Assembly (NCBI GenBank): GCA_001730065.1
Contig: MDLE01000006.1
Location: 4,041-68,040, forward strand
Direction of reading: 5' to 3'
Source of the DNA: Rickettsiales bacterium (ex Bugula neritina AB1)
GTDB taxonomy: Bacteria; Pseudomonadota; Alphaproteobacteria; CAJXXZ01; UBA1459
DNA: 64,000 bases
The notes under the pieces were generated by a model that was given only the letters and a program-made list of their open reading frames with translations, made no database searches and had not been told where the DNA came from. The translations under genes and the position numbers were made by a program. Shown in pieces: positions 20,296-31,307 of this stretch. Each line of letters opens with the position of its first letter. The stretch's first letter is position 1.

Positions 20296-21744
20296 TTACT
20301 CTTCATCACCTTCAATTGTATCCAAAGGCATTTGTGAAATAGCAAAAAATCCACCTACAAAAGCAGCAAGGAATAACAAAAAACCAAATATTTTTGTAAG
20401 AATTGTAAATTGTTTTTTAATAACAACACTACCGTCGTTATTTACAGAATATACAAATTTTCTAATTCCGAACTTACTTTGTGAATCTACACCTCTCATT
20501 TCTTGTATTTTTTTTTCTATATTTTTATTACTACCAAATAATTGTTGTAAAACATTATATTCTTTTACAGCTTGCGCGATCATTATTTTCATAAATGAAT
20601 TGATATTTGTCATTGATGACTTGATATCACTATTGATACTATGTATAGAAGAAGATACATTTAATGTCTTTTTCATATTAAAAATAACAGAAAAAATACC
20701 ATTCTCATCCATTTCAATAATTTGAAAAATTTCGGGAAAATATTTTAGTACTAATTCCTTAAAATTACGCATATTCATTACTTCACTATTCAATTTACTA
20801 TCAGTATTAATAGCTTCTGACATAGATGCAATAATTTTATCTTTTGTTTTTTTATCAAAATATTTAGATATTTGTACACCACCAAAAAATATTCCACCTA
20901 ATAAAATAACAGAAAAAATAAATGTAAACATCAAAGTCCAATCACCTTTTAAATTTAAATAATGGTTAAAGTAATCTTTAAAAATCATACTATCATTTAA
21001 ATCTTGTTTTAATGACGTAACAGGTTCATTAGCAGAAAATTGATAAAAAAAAGAAGAAGAAAAAAAACTAAACACATGATCTATAACACCTATTGTTTTA
21101 TGAACTTTGAATGCACTTGTCACTTTATCGTCGCTTCCTTTTTCATAATTAATTTCTACAAAATTAGATTCTTCTTTTTCCACCAAATGACAAAAAAGAC
21201 CACCAAAATTATCACGAGAATTAATATTTTGAATTATAATTGTACTAAAATTTTGTTCTTTATTTTTTTCTCCATTTTTACACGTAGAAGATATTGTTAC
21301 ATATAAATCATCATCTTTAATTTCAGCTTTCAATGTAACTTTTTCTTGGTTTTGGTTGAAAAAATTTGCTTTTAAAAATTCTTTTAATGTATTTAAACTA
21401 TTATCTATAGTTAAATTGAAAACCTTTTTATAACCTTCTTTAAAATCTGCCATTTTTTTGTCATCTTTTAATTCATTAAATAAAGAACTTTCAATGAGTT
21501 CTTGAATATTTTTTTCAAAATCATCTTTTAAATAATCTTTTAAAACACCATTATTATTTTCACAAAACAAAGTACCCTCATCATTTTTATAAAGATAAAA
21601 GTTTGTATTGCACATTTCTTTTGATTGTTGATATGTTACTTTTTGGTTTGTTGCTTCTGTTTGAACCTGAACAAATAAACCACTAAACAAACATAGAATT
21701 TTTATATTTTCTAAAAAAATAAATTTTTTTTTTTTAATTTCCAT
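20296..21744 (-). CDS. signal-peptide protein with two TM segments (hypothetical)
   Basis: 482-aa ORF with an N-terminal hydrophobic segment and TM segments near aa 270-290 and 455-475. No recognisable family. Confidence 0.6.
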   Translation of the reverse strand: MEIKKKKFIFLENIKILCLFSGLFVQVQTEATNQKVTYQQSKEMCNTNFYLYKNDEGTLFCENNNGVLKDYLKDDFEKNIQELIESSLFNELKDDKKMADFKEGYKKVFNLTIDNSLNTLKEFLKANFFNQNQEKVTLKAEIKDDDLYVTISSTCKNGEKNKEQNFSTIIIQNINSRDNFGGLFCHLVEKEESNFVEINYEKGSDDKVTSAFKVHKTIGVIDHVFSFFSSSFFYQFSANEPVTSLKQDLNDSMIFKDYFNHYLNLKGDWTLMFTFIFSVILLGGIFFGGVQISKYFDKKTKDKIIASMSEAINTDSKLNSEVMNMRNFKELVLKYFPEIFQIIEMDENGIFSVIFNMKKTLNVSSSIHSINSDIKSSMTNINSFMKIMIAQAVKEYNVLQQLFGSNKNIEKKIQEMRGVDSQSKFGIRKFVYSVNNDGSVVIKKQFTILTKIFGFLLFLAAFVGGFFAISQMPLDTIEGDEE

Positions 21745-21808
21745 ACATTTTCTATTATAACAAAATAAAATAAAAATACAATAGTATAAAAACGTTTTAT
21801 TTTTATCA

Positions 21809-22750
21809 TTAAATTATCTTATTTATATAATAACAATAAGATACATAAGCAATCATAATACCATTATCAGTAGACATCTCTAACAGAGGGAATAATATAT
21901 TTTTCCAATATTTTTTTAACTCCTTACGAATATATTTATTAGAAGTAACACCACCCCCTAAGATAATAGGATAATTGTATTTACAATGTTTTTTTAATGT
22001 TTTTTGTAATAAACTCACTATAGATTGTTGTAGATTATGAGCAATATCTTCTAAATTATAATGTTTTTTTTTTACCATACCTATAAAATGAGTCTTTAAT
22101 CCTGAAAAAGATAAAATACGAGGTGTATTGATAGGTAAGGCTTTTTTATTTTTTTTTGCAATTTTTTCTATATGTTTTCCTGCAGGGAATGGTAGACCCA
22201 TTTCTCTTCCTACTTTGTCAAACAACTCCCCTGCCGCATCATCACAGGTACTTTCCAAAATTTTATAGTCATTTAAATTATTATAATGTATAAGGGATGT
22301 ATGTCCTCCTGATAGTAATAAACAATAAGAAGGTAATACTATAGGTACATTTTCTATAAAACTTGATAATATATGAGCTTCAATATGGTTTACATATATT
22401 AATGGTTTATTTAAAGCTATACTTAGTCCTTTTGCGAAATTTATACCCACCAATAAACTACCTATTAAACCTGGTTCTTTTGTGACACCTATAAGATCTA
22501 TATCATTAGATGAAATATTAGAAGTTTTTAAAGCTTCTTCAAAAATAATATCAATATTTTGTAAATGACTTCTGGAGGCAATTTCTGGTACAATACCACC
22601 ATATTTTTCATGTAAAGTATTCTGATTTTCTTTTAAATTAGCAAGAATCTTTTTTTTATTTTTGTCAATTGATAAAATACCTATACATGTATCATCACAA
22701 CTTGTTTCAATACCCAATATTATAAAAGGTTTATTTTTTCTTTTATACAT
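21809..22750 (-). CDS. tsaD: tRNA N6-adenosine threonylcarbamoyltransferase
   Basis: ILGIETSCDDT, HLQNI, VNHIEAHI, LLLSGGHT and GGGVTSN. Confidence 0.9.
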   Translation of the reverse strand: MYKRKNKPFIILGIETSCDDTCIGILSIDKNKKKILANLKENQNTLHEKYGGIVPEIASRSHLQNIDIIFEEALKTSNISSNDIDLIGVTKEPGLIGSLLVGINFAKGLSIALNKPLIYVNHIEAHILSSFIENVPIVLPSYCLLLSGGHTSLIHYNNLNDYKILESTCDDAAGELFDKVGREMGLPFPAGKHIEKIAKKNKKALPINTPRILSFSGLKTHFIGMVKKKHYNLEDIAHNLQQSIVSLLQKTLKKHCKYNYPIILGGGVTSNKYIRKELKKYWKNILFPLLEMSTDNGIMIAYVSYCYYINKII

Positions 22751-22783
22751 TGTAGGAATTTACTTGGGTCATTTTTTTCAAAT

Positions 22784-22849
22784 AAATCTTTTGCTATTTC
22801 ACTATCTTCTTTTAAAAATAGAAAATAAACTAAAAAATTCTTTTTCATA

Positions 22850-22850
<1 letters not shown>
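22784..22850. repeat. 67-bp direct repeat, copy 1 (between the 182-aa gene and tsaD)
   Basis: aaatcttttgctatttcactatcttcttttaaaaatagaaaataaactaaaaaattctttttcatat closely matches 23413-23479, differing by a few substitutions. Confidence 0.85.
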
Positions 22851-23398
<548 letters not shown>

Positions 23399-23412
23399 AA
23401 ATTTATAACATT

Positions 23413-23479
23413 AAATCTTTTGATATTTTACTATCTTCTTTTAAAAATAAAAAACAAATTAAAAAATTCTTTTTCATAT
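23413..23479. repeat. 67-bp direct repeat, copy 2 (upstream of the 182-aa gene)
   Basis: See copy 1. The offset between copies is 629 bp. Confidence 0.85.
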
Positions 23480-23522
23480 TTATCTATATTTGAAATTTAT
23501 AATATATATTTGTTATTAATAT

Positions 23523-24512
23523 ATGTTTGTAGATAGAATAAAAATATTCGCAAAAGCGGGTAATGGTGGAGATGGCAGCATCTCCTTTAGAAGAGAAAAA
23601 CATGTACCTTATGGTGGACCAGATGGTGGAAATGGTGGTAGAGGTGGAAGTATTTTTTTAAAAGGTAATCCTCATATAAATAGTTTAGAATATTTTTATT
23701 ATCATCCTCACTTAAAAGGAAATAACGGTGAAAAAGGTGGTAGAAAAAACTTGTATGGAAAAAGTGGTGAAGATAAAATTTTTAATGTTCCTATTGGTAC
23801 AAGTGTTTATGATGAAAATATGAATATATTACTAGAAATTAATGATAGTAATACTTATCTTTTATTAAAAGGAGGAAAAGGTGGTATTGGTAATTATGAT
23901 TTAAAAACTCATAGAAACCCAACACCAAAACATAATATTCCTCCAGAAATCACCCAAGAAAAAACATTATTTTTATTTTTAACATTAAAATTTGATGTAG
24001 GATTAATAGGATTACCAAATAGTGGAAAATCATCTTTGATTAATATATTATCAAATGCAAATTCTGTAGTAGGAGATTATAGTTTTACAACTTTAAATCC
24101 TGTACTTGGTATGTTATATAATAGTTCTATTTCTATAATTGATCTTCCAGGAATAATAGAAAATGCTCATCAAGGTAAAGGTAATGGTTTAAAATTTTTA
24201 CGGCACAGTGAAAGTTGTAAAATTTTTTTACATATAATAGATATATCAGATGATCCTTTAGAAAGTTATTATAAGGTACGTCAAGAATTGAAGTTTTATA
24301 AATCAGAAGTTTTTTACAAAAAACATATAATTATTTTAAATAAAATTGATAAATTAACGAATAAAGAGTTAGAAAAAATAAAAAATAATATTTTAGAGTT
24401 TAAAGATGCTATATTTATTTCTTGTTTAACAAAAAAAAATACTTTTCTTGTTAAAGATTTATTAATAGAATTTTTTAAAAATATAGAAAAAGATATAAAA
24501 ACAGATATTTGA
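23523..24512 (+). CDS. obg: GTPase Obg/CgtA
   Basis: MFVDRIKIFAKAGNGGDG..FRREK, a glycine-rich Obg fold, GLPNSGKSSL and DLPGII. Confidence 0.9.
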   Translation: MFVDRIKIFAKAGNGGDGSISFRREKHVPYGGPDGGNGGRGGSIFLKGNPHINSLEYFYYHPHLKGNNGEKGGRKNLYGKSGEDKIFNVPIGTSVYDENMNILLEINDSNTYLLLKGGKGGIGNYDLKTHRNPTPKHNIPPEITQEKTLFLFLTLKFDVGLIGLPNSGKSSLINILSNANSVVGDYSFTTLNPVLGMLYNSSISIIDLPGIIENAHQGKGNGLKFLRHSESCKIFLHIIDISDDPLESYYKVRQELKFYKSEVFYKKHIIILNKIDKLTNKELEKIKNNILEFKDAIFISCLTKKNTFLVKDLLIEFFKNIEKDIKTDI

Positions 24513-25555
24513 AAAAGATAAGATATAAAAAAAGATATTTAATTAATTTTAAGAAAAATTTTACTATACAAATATTTTATGATATTATTGTAAATAGCAT
24601 GTATTATAAATTAAATTTATTATTAATTTCTTTTATTGGTATTAAAGGTGTAGAGAATCAAACTGAAATACTACTTGATGAAAACAAAATTCAAAATGTC
24701 TTAGATTCTTTAAAGAATAGATACAATAGAGAAAAAATGGAAGAACCTTATATATTTTTGCATAAAAATTATAGTATTTCTTTAAAAGAATTAGCGGTAT
24801 TTTTTGTTTTTATAAGCGAAATTATGGAAGATTTTTTAAAAAACAATCCATCAAAAATTTATAAAGATATTTATGAATTATATTTAAATTTAAAGGTAAA
24901 TAATAATGATATAGAAAATGTTATAACTCTTATTGATCTATTAAAACATTATTTAATTTATGAAAAATATAACAATGAAAAAAACTTAGATGATGCTTAT
25001 AAAGAATATGTACAAGAATTCTTTTTTTGGCAACTAAAAATTATGGAAGTTACGATACCAATGGAAAACACAGAAATATCTGGATACTTAGATAGTGTAA
25101 AAGGTGAGTTTGAAAATATAAATTATGATGTATATAAAATTATATTAAATATGGAAAAGGTAATAAACTGGTCGAAAGAAAATAATAAGTTTTCTTCTTT
25201 TTTTTTAAATTCTGAAGAAATATCTTCTATGCCTATCAATATAATTTGTCCATTAGTAAGTAATGAGTATATAAAAATGGAAGAAATGATTCAAAATTAT
25301 AGATATTGGTTATGGGGAAGAAAAATAGATGTAGAAAAAAAAATCTATATATATTATATAATTTCTGATGTTGTAAAAAAAAAACCTTTAAATAAAGAAG
25401 ATTTTATAGAAATGAAATCTTTTGAGCTTCTTAAAAAGAAAATTGAAGAATTATCTAAAACAAGAGAAATTACATATGATAATAAAAAATATTTATTAGG
25501 TACTTTTATAGATAAATTATTAAGAGTATTTTTCAAATCAATAAAAAGAAACTAA
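24509..25555 (+). CDS. hypothetical protein
   Basis: Long ORF with no recognisable motif. The track start is non-ATG, and a later Met (MYYKLNLL, about 24599) is possible. Confidence 0.45.
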   Translation: MKKIRYKKRYLINFKKNFTIQIFYDIIVNSMYYKLNLLLISFIGIKGVENQTEILLDENKIQNVLDSLKNRYNREKMEEPYIFLHKNYSISLKELAVFFVFISEIMEDFLKNNPSKIYKDIYELYLNLKVNNNDIENVITLIDLLKHYLIYEKYNNEKNLDDAYKEYVQEFFFWQLKIMEVTIPMENTEISGYLDSVKGEFENINYDVYKIILNMEKVINWSKENNKFSSFFLNSEEISSMPINIICPLVSNEYIKMEEMIQNYRYWLWGRKIDVEKKIYIYYIISDVVKKKPLNKEDFIEMKSFELLKKKIEELSKTREITYDNKKYLLGTFIDKLLRVFFKSIKRN

Positions 25556-25558
25556 TTT

Positions 25559-26119
25559 ATGATATTAATAGAGAAAATATATCAAAAATTAAATAATTTT
25601 GCATTTATTTTACAAAAAGATTTTTTTGATGTAAAAAAAATATCTTTTATTAATAGAAGAAATTTTACCCAAAAAAGTTTTAATTTATTTAAAAAAAAAT
25701 TTTTAGAATCCGTTAAAGAATTTTCTTTAGATATAGATATATACGTCAATTCTTTAAACTTGATGGAAATATCTATTAATTTATTTTCTATTTCTTTAGA
25801 AATAAATCTTAATTCTCAAAAAATTTATATTATATATTTGCCATTAGAAATGGATATTTTTTATAATTATCAAAAGATTTCTTATTTTAATGGTGATAAA
25901 ATTACACGTCCAAATACTAATAATGTTTTAATTTCATCTAATAATGTTTTATTTGGTCATAACTTAATGCTTATAAAACTTTGTAGAGGAGAATTTAAGG
26001 AAGTAATTCTACAAAAAGAACATTTTTCATTGAATGAAACTGCTATTAGTATTTGTAAAAATACGGAATTTATTCAAATTAAAAATCTTGATAATAGTCT
26101 AAGTTTTACTATTATTTAA
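25559..26119 (+). CDS. hypothetical protein
   Basis: 186-aa ORF packed tightly between its neighbours. No recognisable motif. Confidence 0.45.
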   Translation: MILIEKIYQKLNNFAFILQKDFFDVKKISFINRRNFTQKSFNLFKKKFLESVKEFSLDIDIYVNSLNLMEISINLFSISLEINLNSQKIYIIYLPLEMDIFYNYQKISYFNGDKITRPNTNNVLISSNNVLFGHNLMLIKLCRGEFKEVILQKEHFSLNETAISICKNTEFIQIKNLDNSLSFTII

Positions 26120-26147
26120 AGAAAAATTTTGGTAGTATTTTAGGTAT

Positions 26148-27680
26148 ATGTTTCTTTTAATGATAATAGAAGATTTACCTATAAGAGAAACAAAACAAGC
26201 TATATCATATTTTAAAGATTTTAAAACTTATTTTTGGAAAGATGGTTTTTATGTTTATAAAGAAAAAAATCAAAAAACAATTAAAGGTCCAAAAATAGAA
26301 AAAATAAAAGAATGTGAATTGTTTAAAGAAAAAATAAAAAGACAATACAAAGATAATTACTCTTTTTATAATGATAAGAGATATATTTATGGAGATATTT
26401 TAGAAACAGAAATAGATTTTTTAAAGATAATACAAAGTATTAAATGGATTAATCCTATAAAAATTTTTGGAGATTTATCTCCTAGACCTATCAAAAAAAT
26501 ATATACAAACAAACAAATATTCTCTTATGGAGGTATTAGTTCAGAAATAGTTTCTCAAGATTTTATAAACAATATTATTTCTAATGTTACAACTATAGAA
26601 AAAAAATTAGAAATTACTAGTGTATTAAAAAAATATATATCTATAGAAGAATTAAAAAATTTATTATTTTCTATTAATAATCCTCAAATTATTTCCATAG
26701 ATTATAAAAAAAAATATCATCATTTACCTTATAAATTAGTAGAATATATTCTAAAAAAAGAACAAAAAATTATTACTGTCATAGAAAATAATAAGATTAT
26801 TAATTTTTATTTTATTGCTGATAAATTATTTAAGTTAAATTCTAAAAAGTTTCAAATTACTATTGATGGTCGTTTAGAAGATTTATGTATTTCCTACGAA
26901 AGAGATATAAAATTAGTAAAATTTCATCACAAACAAAAAGAATTATGGGAATTTTGTAAATATTTACTTAATAAGTATTTAGAAAATATTTCAGAAAAAT
27001 ATTTAAAAGAATTAATCAATAATTATAAAAGTGATTTTTTTACAAGTATTATAGAAGAATATCCTAATTTAATAGGTATATTAAGTTCACATATTTATGA
27101 TAAAAATATTTTAGTAAAAGAAGGTTTTTTAGCTTTAAGTGGTGAATTAAAAAATATATATGGAAGCTATTTATATTTAACAATAAATATATTTTTTCTT
27201 GAAAACTTATACAAAAATAATAAACTACCTACCGCCAAAAATGATCCTTTTGGAGTGAGACATATATCAAATACATTGTTAGAGATTATCATTTATAATG
27301 ATTTATGGAATTTGAATATTAATGATGGTGTAAAAATATTTCTTAAAGAAAGATTATATATAATGCTTAATAAAAAATATTCTTATGGAAATATTTTAAA
27401 TTATACAAATATTGATTTTGAATTTATTACAAAAATTATTCCTTATATAGAAATAAATTATAAAAAAATAAAAAATATTATAAATAGATGTAAATACTTT
27501 GTAAATAATCAAGTATCTCAAAAATATTTTGCAGATATTAATGAATTTATCAATGAAATAAAAAAAACAGAAGAAATACTAAACAATGAAAAAATTCAAA
27601 AAAATTTAAAACTTAAACATTATATTAATGATTTTATGGGAAAAATTAAAAATCTTTTTTATTTAAATAATATTAACTAA
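26148..27680 (+). CDS. glyS: divergent, shortened glycine--tRNA ligase beta subunit-like protein
   Basis: The N-terminus IIEDLPIRETKQAI aligns to GlyS EIGTEELPPKAL. WINPIKIFGD..PRPIKK aligns to LMRWG..FVRPVH. AKNDPFGVRHISNTLLEIII aligns to the GlyS motif KDPFALRRAALGIIRI. Confidence 0.5.
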   Translation: MFLLMIIEDLPIRETKQAISYFKDFKTYFWKDGFYVYKEKNQKTIKGPKIEKIKECELFKEKIKRQYKDNYSFYNDKRYIYGDILETEIDFLKIIQSIKWINPIKIFGDLSPRPIKKIYTNKQIFSYGGISSEIVSQDFINNIISNVTTIEKKLEITSVLKKYISIEELKNLLFSINNPQIISIDYKKKYHHLPYKLVEYILKKEQKIITVIENNKIINFYFIADKLFKLNSKKFQITIDGRLEDLCISYERDIKLVKFHHKQKELWEFCKYLLNKYLENISEKYLKELINNYKSDFFTSIIEEYPNLIGILSSHIYDKNILVKEGFLALSGELKNIYGSYLYLTINIFFLENLYKNNKLPTAKNDPFGVRHISNTLLEIIIYNDLWNLNINDGVKIFLKERLYIMLNKKYSYGNILNYTNIDFEFITKIIPYIEINYKKIKNIINRCKYFVNNQVSQKYFADINEFINEIKKTEEILNNEKIQKNLKLKHYINDFMGKIKNLFYLNNIN

Positions 27681-28510
27681 ATTTTATTATATAGAAAATA
27701 CATTGTAAAAATACTCATAAAAGAAAAACTAATATTTTTTTCTTTTACTTTTTTTTTTATAAATTTAATTGCTTCTTTTTCTAATTGACGTACTCTTTCC
27801 TTTGATAAATTTAAATCTTTTCCTAAACTTTCAAAGTTTTTATCCTGTAATAACCATTTATGTTCAATAATATATTTGTGACGATCACTAAGTTTATTAA
27901 CAATATCATGAATTTCTTTCATAGTAGAATCAATTTCTTTGTTTTTTAGAAGATTTTCATATTCATTATTTTCAGCAATATTTTCCCAAGTCATTAATTG
28001 ATCATCTTCACTAGAAATTCTTTGAGACATACTAGTAATGTGTATAGAAAGTTCTTTCATTTTTTTACGAATAATTTTTTGTGATAAAGATGTTTTTAAG
28101 GAAATATCTTCAAGTGCCTGTTCTTTTGAAGTGTCTCCATTTTTTATTTTCATCATCATATGTTTTATTAAACGATGAATAGAAGAATTACTAACTGTAA
28201 TAATATTTTTAATTTTCCAGGTAAACTCCTTCATCTTCCATACAATCCAATAATATACATATGTAGAAATTTTTACTTTTTTTTTTATATCAAAATTTTC
28301 TAATGCATGTATAAAACCAATTATTCCTTCCCCTAATAAATCATGATGATTTATATTTTCTCTAGAGTATTTATTTGCAATATCTTTAATTAAATATATA
28401 TGTCTATTTATAATTTTTTCTAAAAGACCAGGGTCTTTTGTTTTCTGCCATTCTTCAACTAAAACATATTCATCCACATCAGAATTATTAAATATCTTAT
28501 TTTTAAACAT
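27677..28510 (-). CDS. rpoH: RNA polymerase sigma-70 family factor, probably sigma-32
   Basis: 277 aa. Region 2 (DLLGEGIIGFIHALENFD) and region 4 (LNLSKERVRQLEKEAIKFIK). The size fits RpoH rather than RpoD. Confidence 0.7.
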   Translation of the reverse strand: MFKNKIFNNSDVDEYVLVEEWQKTKDPGLLEKIINRHIYLIKDIANKYSRENINHHDLLGEGIIGFIHALENFDIKKKVKISTYVYYWIVWKMKEFTWKIKNIITVSNSSIHRLIKHMMMKIKNGDTSKEQALEDISLKTSLSQKIIRKKMKELSIHITSMSQRISSEDDQLMTWENIAENNEYENLLKNKEIDSTMKEIHDIVNKLSDRHKYIIEHKWLLQDKNFESLGKDLNLSKERVRQLEKEAIKFIKKKVKEKNISFSFMSIFTMYFLYNKI

Positions 28511-28551
28511 CTATAACATTATTTATTCTAATATATAAAAGTAAACTTTTT

Positions 28552-28830
28552 ATGATAAAATTTTTAATAGTGGTTAAAAATAACAGTGATAATCTGTTTT
28601 TAGGACAAACAGTAGAAAAACAGGGAACAATAATAGAATTATTGGGTAACATGCGTTTTAAAGTTGAATTAGATGAAGATGTAGTTCAATTTTTTTCTAA
28701 AAAAATAATAACTTGTAAACTATCAGGAAAAATGTTCACAAGACATATACGTATTATATTAGGAGATCGTGTAAAAGTACAAATTACAATTTATGATAAT
28801 CTTATAGGAAGAATTATGTTGCGTTTATAA
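28552..28830 (+). CDS. infA: translation initiation factor IF-1
   Basis: GTIIELLGNMRFKVEL..KLSGKM..HIRIILGDRVKVQITIYD..GRI. It has an N-terminal extension, or the true start is later. Confidence 0.85.
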   Translation: MIKFLIVVKNNSDNLFLGQTVEKQGTIIELLGNMRFKVELDEDVVQFFSKKIITCKLSGKMFTRHIRIILGDRVKVQITIYDNLIGRIMLRL

Positions 28831-29907
28831 TTTTATTATCAAACTAACAGAATTATCAAAATACCTTTCTATTTCTCCAAGTATTTCCATTTCCGTCAAT
28901 ACATAATTTACATCACCAATAGGATATTTTGTATATTCTATAATACTATTTATGGAAACAGGTAATATAGATAAAAAATTAAATATCTTTTTTTTTAAAA
29001 TTTCTTTATCTTTTAAGGATATATTTTTATTAAAAATATTATTTATAGAAGATATCAAAGGTATTTCTTCTTCTTCTTGCATAGATAATGAAAATATTTT
29101 ATCAACTAATATTTGCGGATCATCCATTAAATATCCACCATTTTTTAATAAAATATTATTTCCTTCATACCTCATATCTAATGGATGACCAGGGACCGAA
29201 AAAATTTTTTTATTATATTTTTTACCATAATTTGTAGTAATTAATGCACCAGAATTTTTCATGGCTTCTGTTACAACAATTGCATTTCCTAATGCTGCTA
29301 AAATACGATTTCGTCTTGGAAAATTACGATTTGTGACATTTTCTCCAAAAGGACAAGAAGATATAAGTAATCCATTATTTTTTATATCATTATATAAGAA
29401 ATAATTCTGTTTAGGATAAATAATATCTATACCACCTGGTAATACAGCAATAGTATTACTAGTATTTTCTTCATGGGCAATTGTATCTATACCTAAAGCC
29501 ATACCCGAAATAATAACTAAATCTTTTTCCCTCCACTTTCTGCATAAATATTTTGTATATTGTAAACCATTTAAAGATGGATTACGTGTACCTATTACCG
29601 TAACAGATTTTTTTTTTAAAAGTTCTATATTACCAATTATAGATAAAATAGGAGGTAAATCATCATTATTTTTTGGAAATTCATTATCTTCTTCCGTAAT
29701 GAATCTTCCTCCAAAATTTTTAAGATTTGTTATCTCTTTATCAATATCTTCCCAAGAAGATATTTTATACTTATAATTCTCTTTTAAAACTTGAGATATA
29801 TATTCAATAGCTCCATCTATACCAAAATTTTTTAATAACATTTTATAGGTAACAGTTCCTATATTACCACATCTAAATATAAATAATTTTTTTCTTATTA
29901 TTGTCAT
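28825..29907 (-). CDS. dprA: DNA processing protein DprA/Smf
   Basis: VIGTRNPS..ISGMALGIDTIAHE..PGGIDIIYP..FPRRNRILAALGNAIVVTEA..SGALIT. Confidence 0.9.
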   Translation of the reverse strand: MTIIRKKLFIFRCGNIGTVTYKMLLKNFGIDGAIEYISQVLKENYKYKISSWEDIDKEITNLKNFGGRFITEEDNEFPKNNDDLPPILSIIGNIELLKKKSVTVIGTRNPSLNGLQYTKYLCRKWREKDLVIISGMALGIDTIAHEENTSNTIAVLPGGIDIIYPKQNYFLYNDIKNNGLLISSCPFGENVTNRNFPRRNRILAALGNAIVVTEAMKNSGALITTNYGKKYNKKIFSVPGHPLDMRYEGNNILLKNGGYLMDDPQILVDKIFSLSMQEEEEIPLISSINNIFNKNISLKDKEILKKKIFNFLSILPVSINSIIEYTKYPIGDVNYVLTEMEILGEIERYFDNSVSLIIKL

Positions 29908-29981
29908 TTTTTTATGTATATCATATATTTTTATAAAAACTATTTATTTTTAAAAAAAAATTTTCTATAATGTATATGATT

Positions 29982-30053
29982 AGGTGCTTAGCTCAGTGGT
30001 AGAGCATCTCGTTTACACCGAGAGGGTCAATGGTTCAAGTCCATTAGCATCTA
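29982..30053 (+). tRNA. tRNA-Val (anticodon UAC)
   Basis: Manual cloverleaf. Acceptor AGGTGCT/AGCATCT, D-arm TAGCTCAGTGGTAGAGC, anticodon stem TCTCG/CGAGA with loop TTTACAC, and T-arm with GGTTCAAGTCC. Confidence 0.85.
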
Positions 30054-30151
30054 TTTTTATTAAATCAGAAATAAAATTTAAATATATATATGAACAAAGA
30101 ATAAAAATACTTAATATATAAATAATCTATTTTATGTGTTAATATACATTA

Positions 30152-31291
30152 ATGATAATGTCCTATAAAAATATTTGGAGTGTTTTAATTTTTACATTTA
30201 CTTCACAAATTGGTTCTGGTATATTTTTGCTACCAACTTTTTTATACGAATTTGGTGAAATGAGTTTGTTAATTATTATTTTCACAGGAATAATAAGTAC
30301 TTTAATTAGTTTAGTTTTTGCGGAAACAGGTCTCACTTGTTGTGAAATTATAAAAAAATCATTTGGAGAAAAAATAAGTAGTTATATAGGAAAAGTATAT
30401 TGGTTTATTTCCTGGTTTAGTACAATTATTGTTGTAAAAGAATTAAGTGGATATTTATTTCAAGAAAGTTATATATTATTTGAGGTATTAGTAGTATTAT
30501 TTTTTATACTTATAAATTTAAAAAACACTAATAATTTAATGTTAATTGAATCAATTTTTACAATACTTAAAATATTACCATTATTTGTGCTTATTTTTTG
30601 TTATTACAAAACAACAAATACTTATTTAATTAAACAAACATCTCCTATAAATTTCTCTATATTTTTAAAATCTATGTGGCTTTTTGTAGGACTAGAAAAT
30701 GGTAGTCTTATTAGTAATTTATTTAAAACTAATATAAAAGAACGAAAAATAGGTGTTTATTTAGGTATGCTTTTAGTAATTTTAATGTATCTTATTAGTG
30801 TTTTTTGTGTATTTAAACTAGGAGGTAAAGAAATTTTAAACAATACTAGACCTTACCAAGTTATTTTTCAAAAATATTTATCTTCTAATTCAAATATTTT
30901 ATCATTTTGTATTATATCAGTACTTCTTGGGTGTATAAATTCTTGGATTTTAAGTACCGGATATTTAGGATATGAATTAGCAAAAATTAAAATATTACCA
31001 AAAAATTTTCTTATTGTTAATAAAAATAATATTCCTTATGTAAGTATTATTGTTTCTGGTCTATTAATAATTCCATTTTTATTCATAAAATCAAATAGTT
31101 TATATACTATGTTAGTAAAACTTGTAGATTTTTCTTCTTTATTAGCTTTTTTAATATATGGGATGTGTACGGCTGCTTATGCTAAAAATTTTGTAAATAA
31201 AACTTCACAAAAACTTCTTTATGGTATTATTAGTATTTTTATTATGTTTTTTTTCTTTTTAGAAATATATAAATTTATATTTATTCATTGA
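30152..31291 (+). CDS. APC-family amino acid permease
   Basis: About 11 hydrophobic segments. The N-terminal SQIGSGIFLLP motif is typical of APC transporters. Confidence 0.6.
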   Translation: MIMSYKNIWSVLIFTFTSQIGSGIFLLPTFLYEFGEMSLLIIIFTGIISTLISLVFAETGLTCCEIIKKSFGEKISSYIGKVYWFISWFSTIIVVKELSGYLFQESYILFEVLVVLFFILINLKNTNNLMLIESIFTILKILPLFVLIFCYYKTTNTYLIKQTSPINFSIFLKSMWLFVGLENGSLISNLFKTNIKERKIGVYLGMLLVILMYLISVFCVFKLGGKEILNNTRPYQVIFQKYLSSNSNILSFCIISVLLGCINSWILSTGYLGYELAKIKILPKNFLIVNKNNIPYVSIIVSGLLIIPFLFIKSNSLYTMLVKLVDFSSLLAFLIYGMCTAAYAKNFVNKTSQKLLYGIISIFIMFFFFLEIYKFIFIH

Positions 31292-31307
31292 ATATGAATA
31301 TTTATGA

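Noticed and set aside
24509-26119. The two ORFs upstream of the glyS-like gene as a diverged glyQ.
   Set aside because: GlyQ is among the most conserved aaRS subunits. None of its motifs (for example the QPSRRP..DGRYGENPNRL region) can be found in either ORF.
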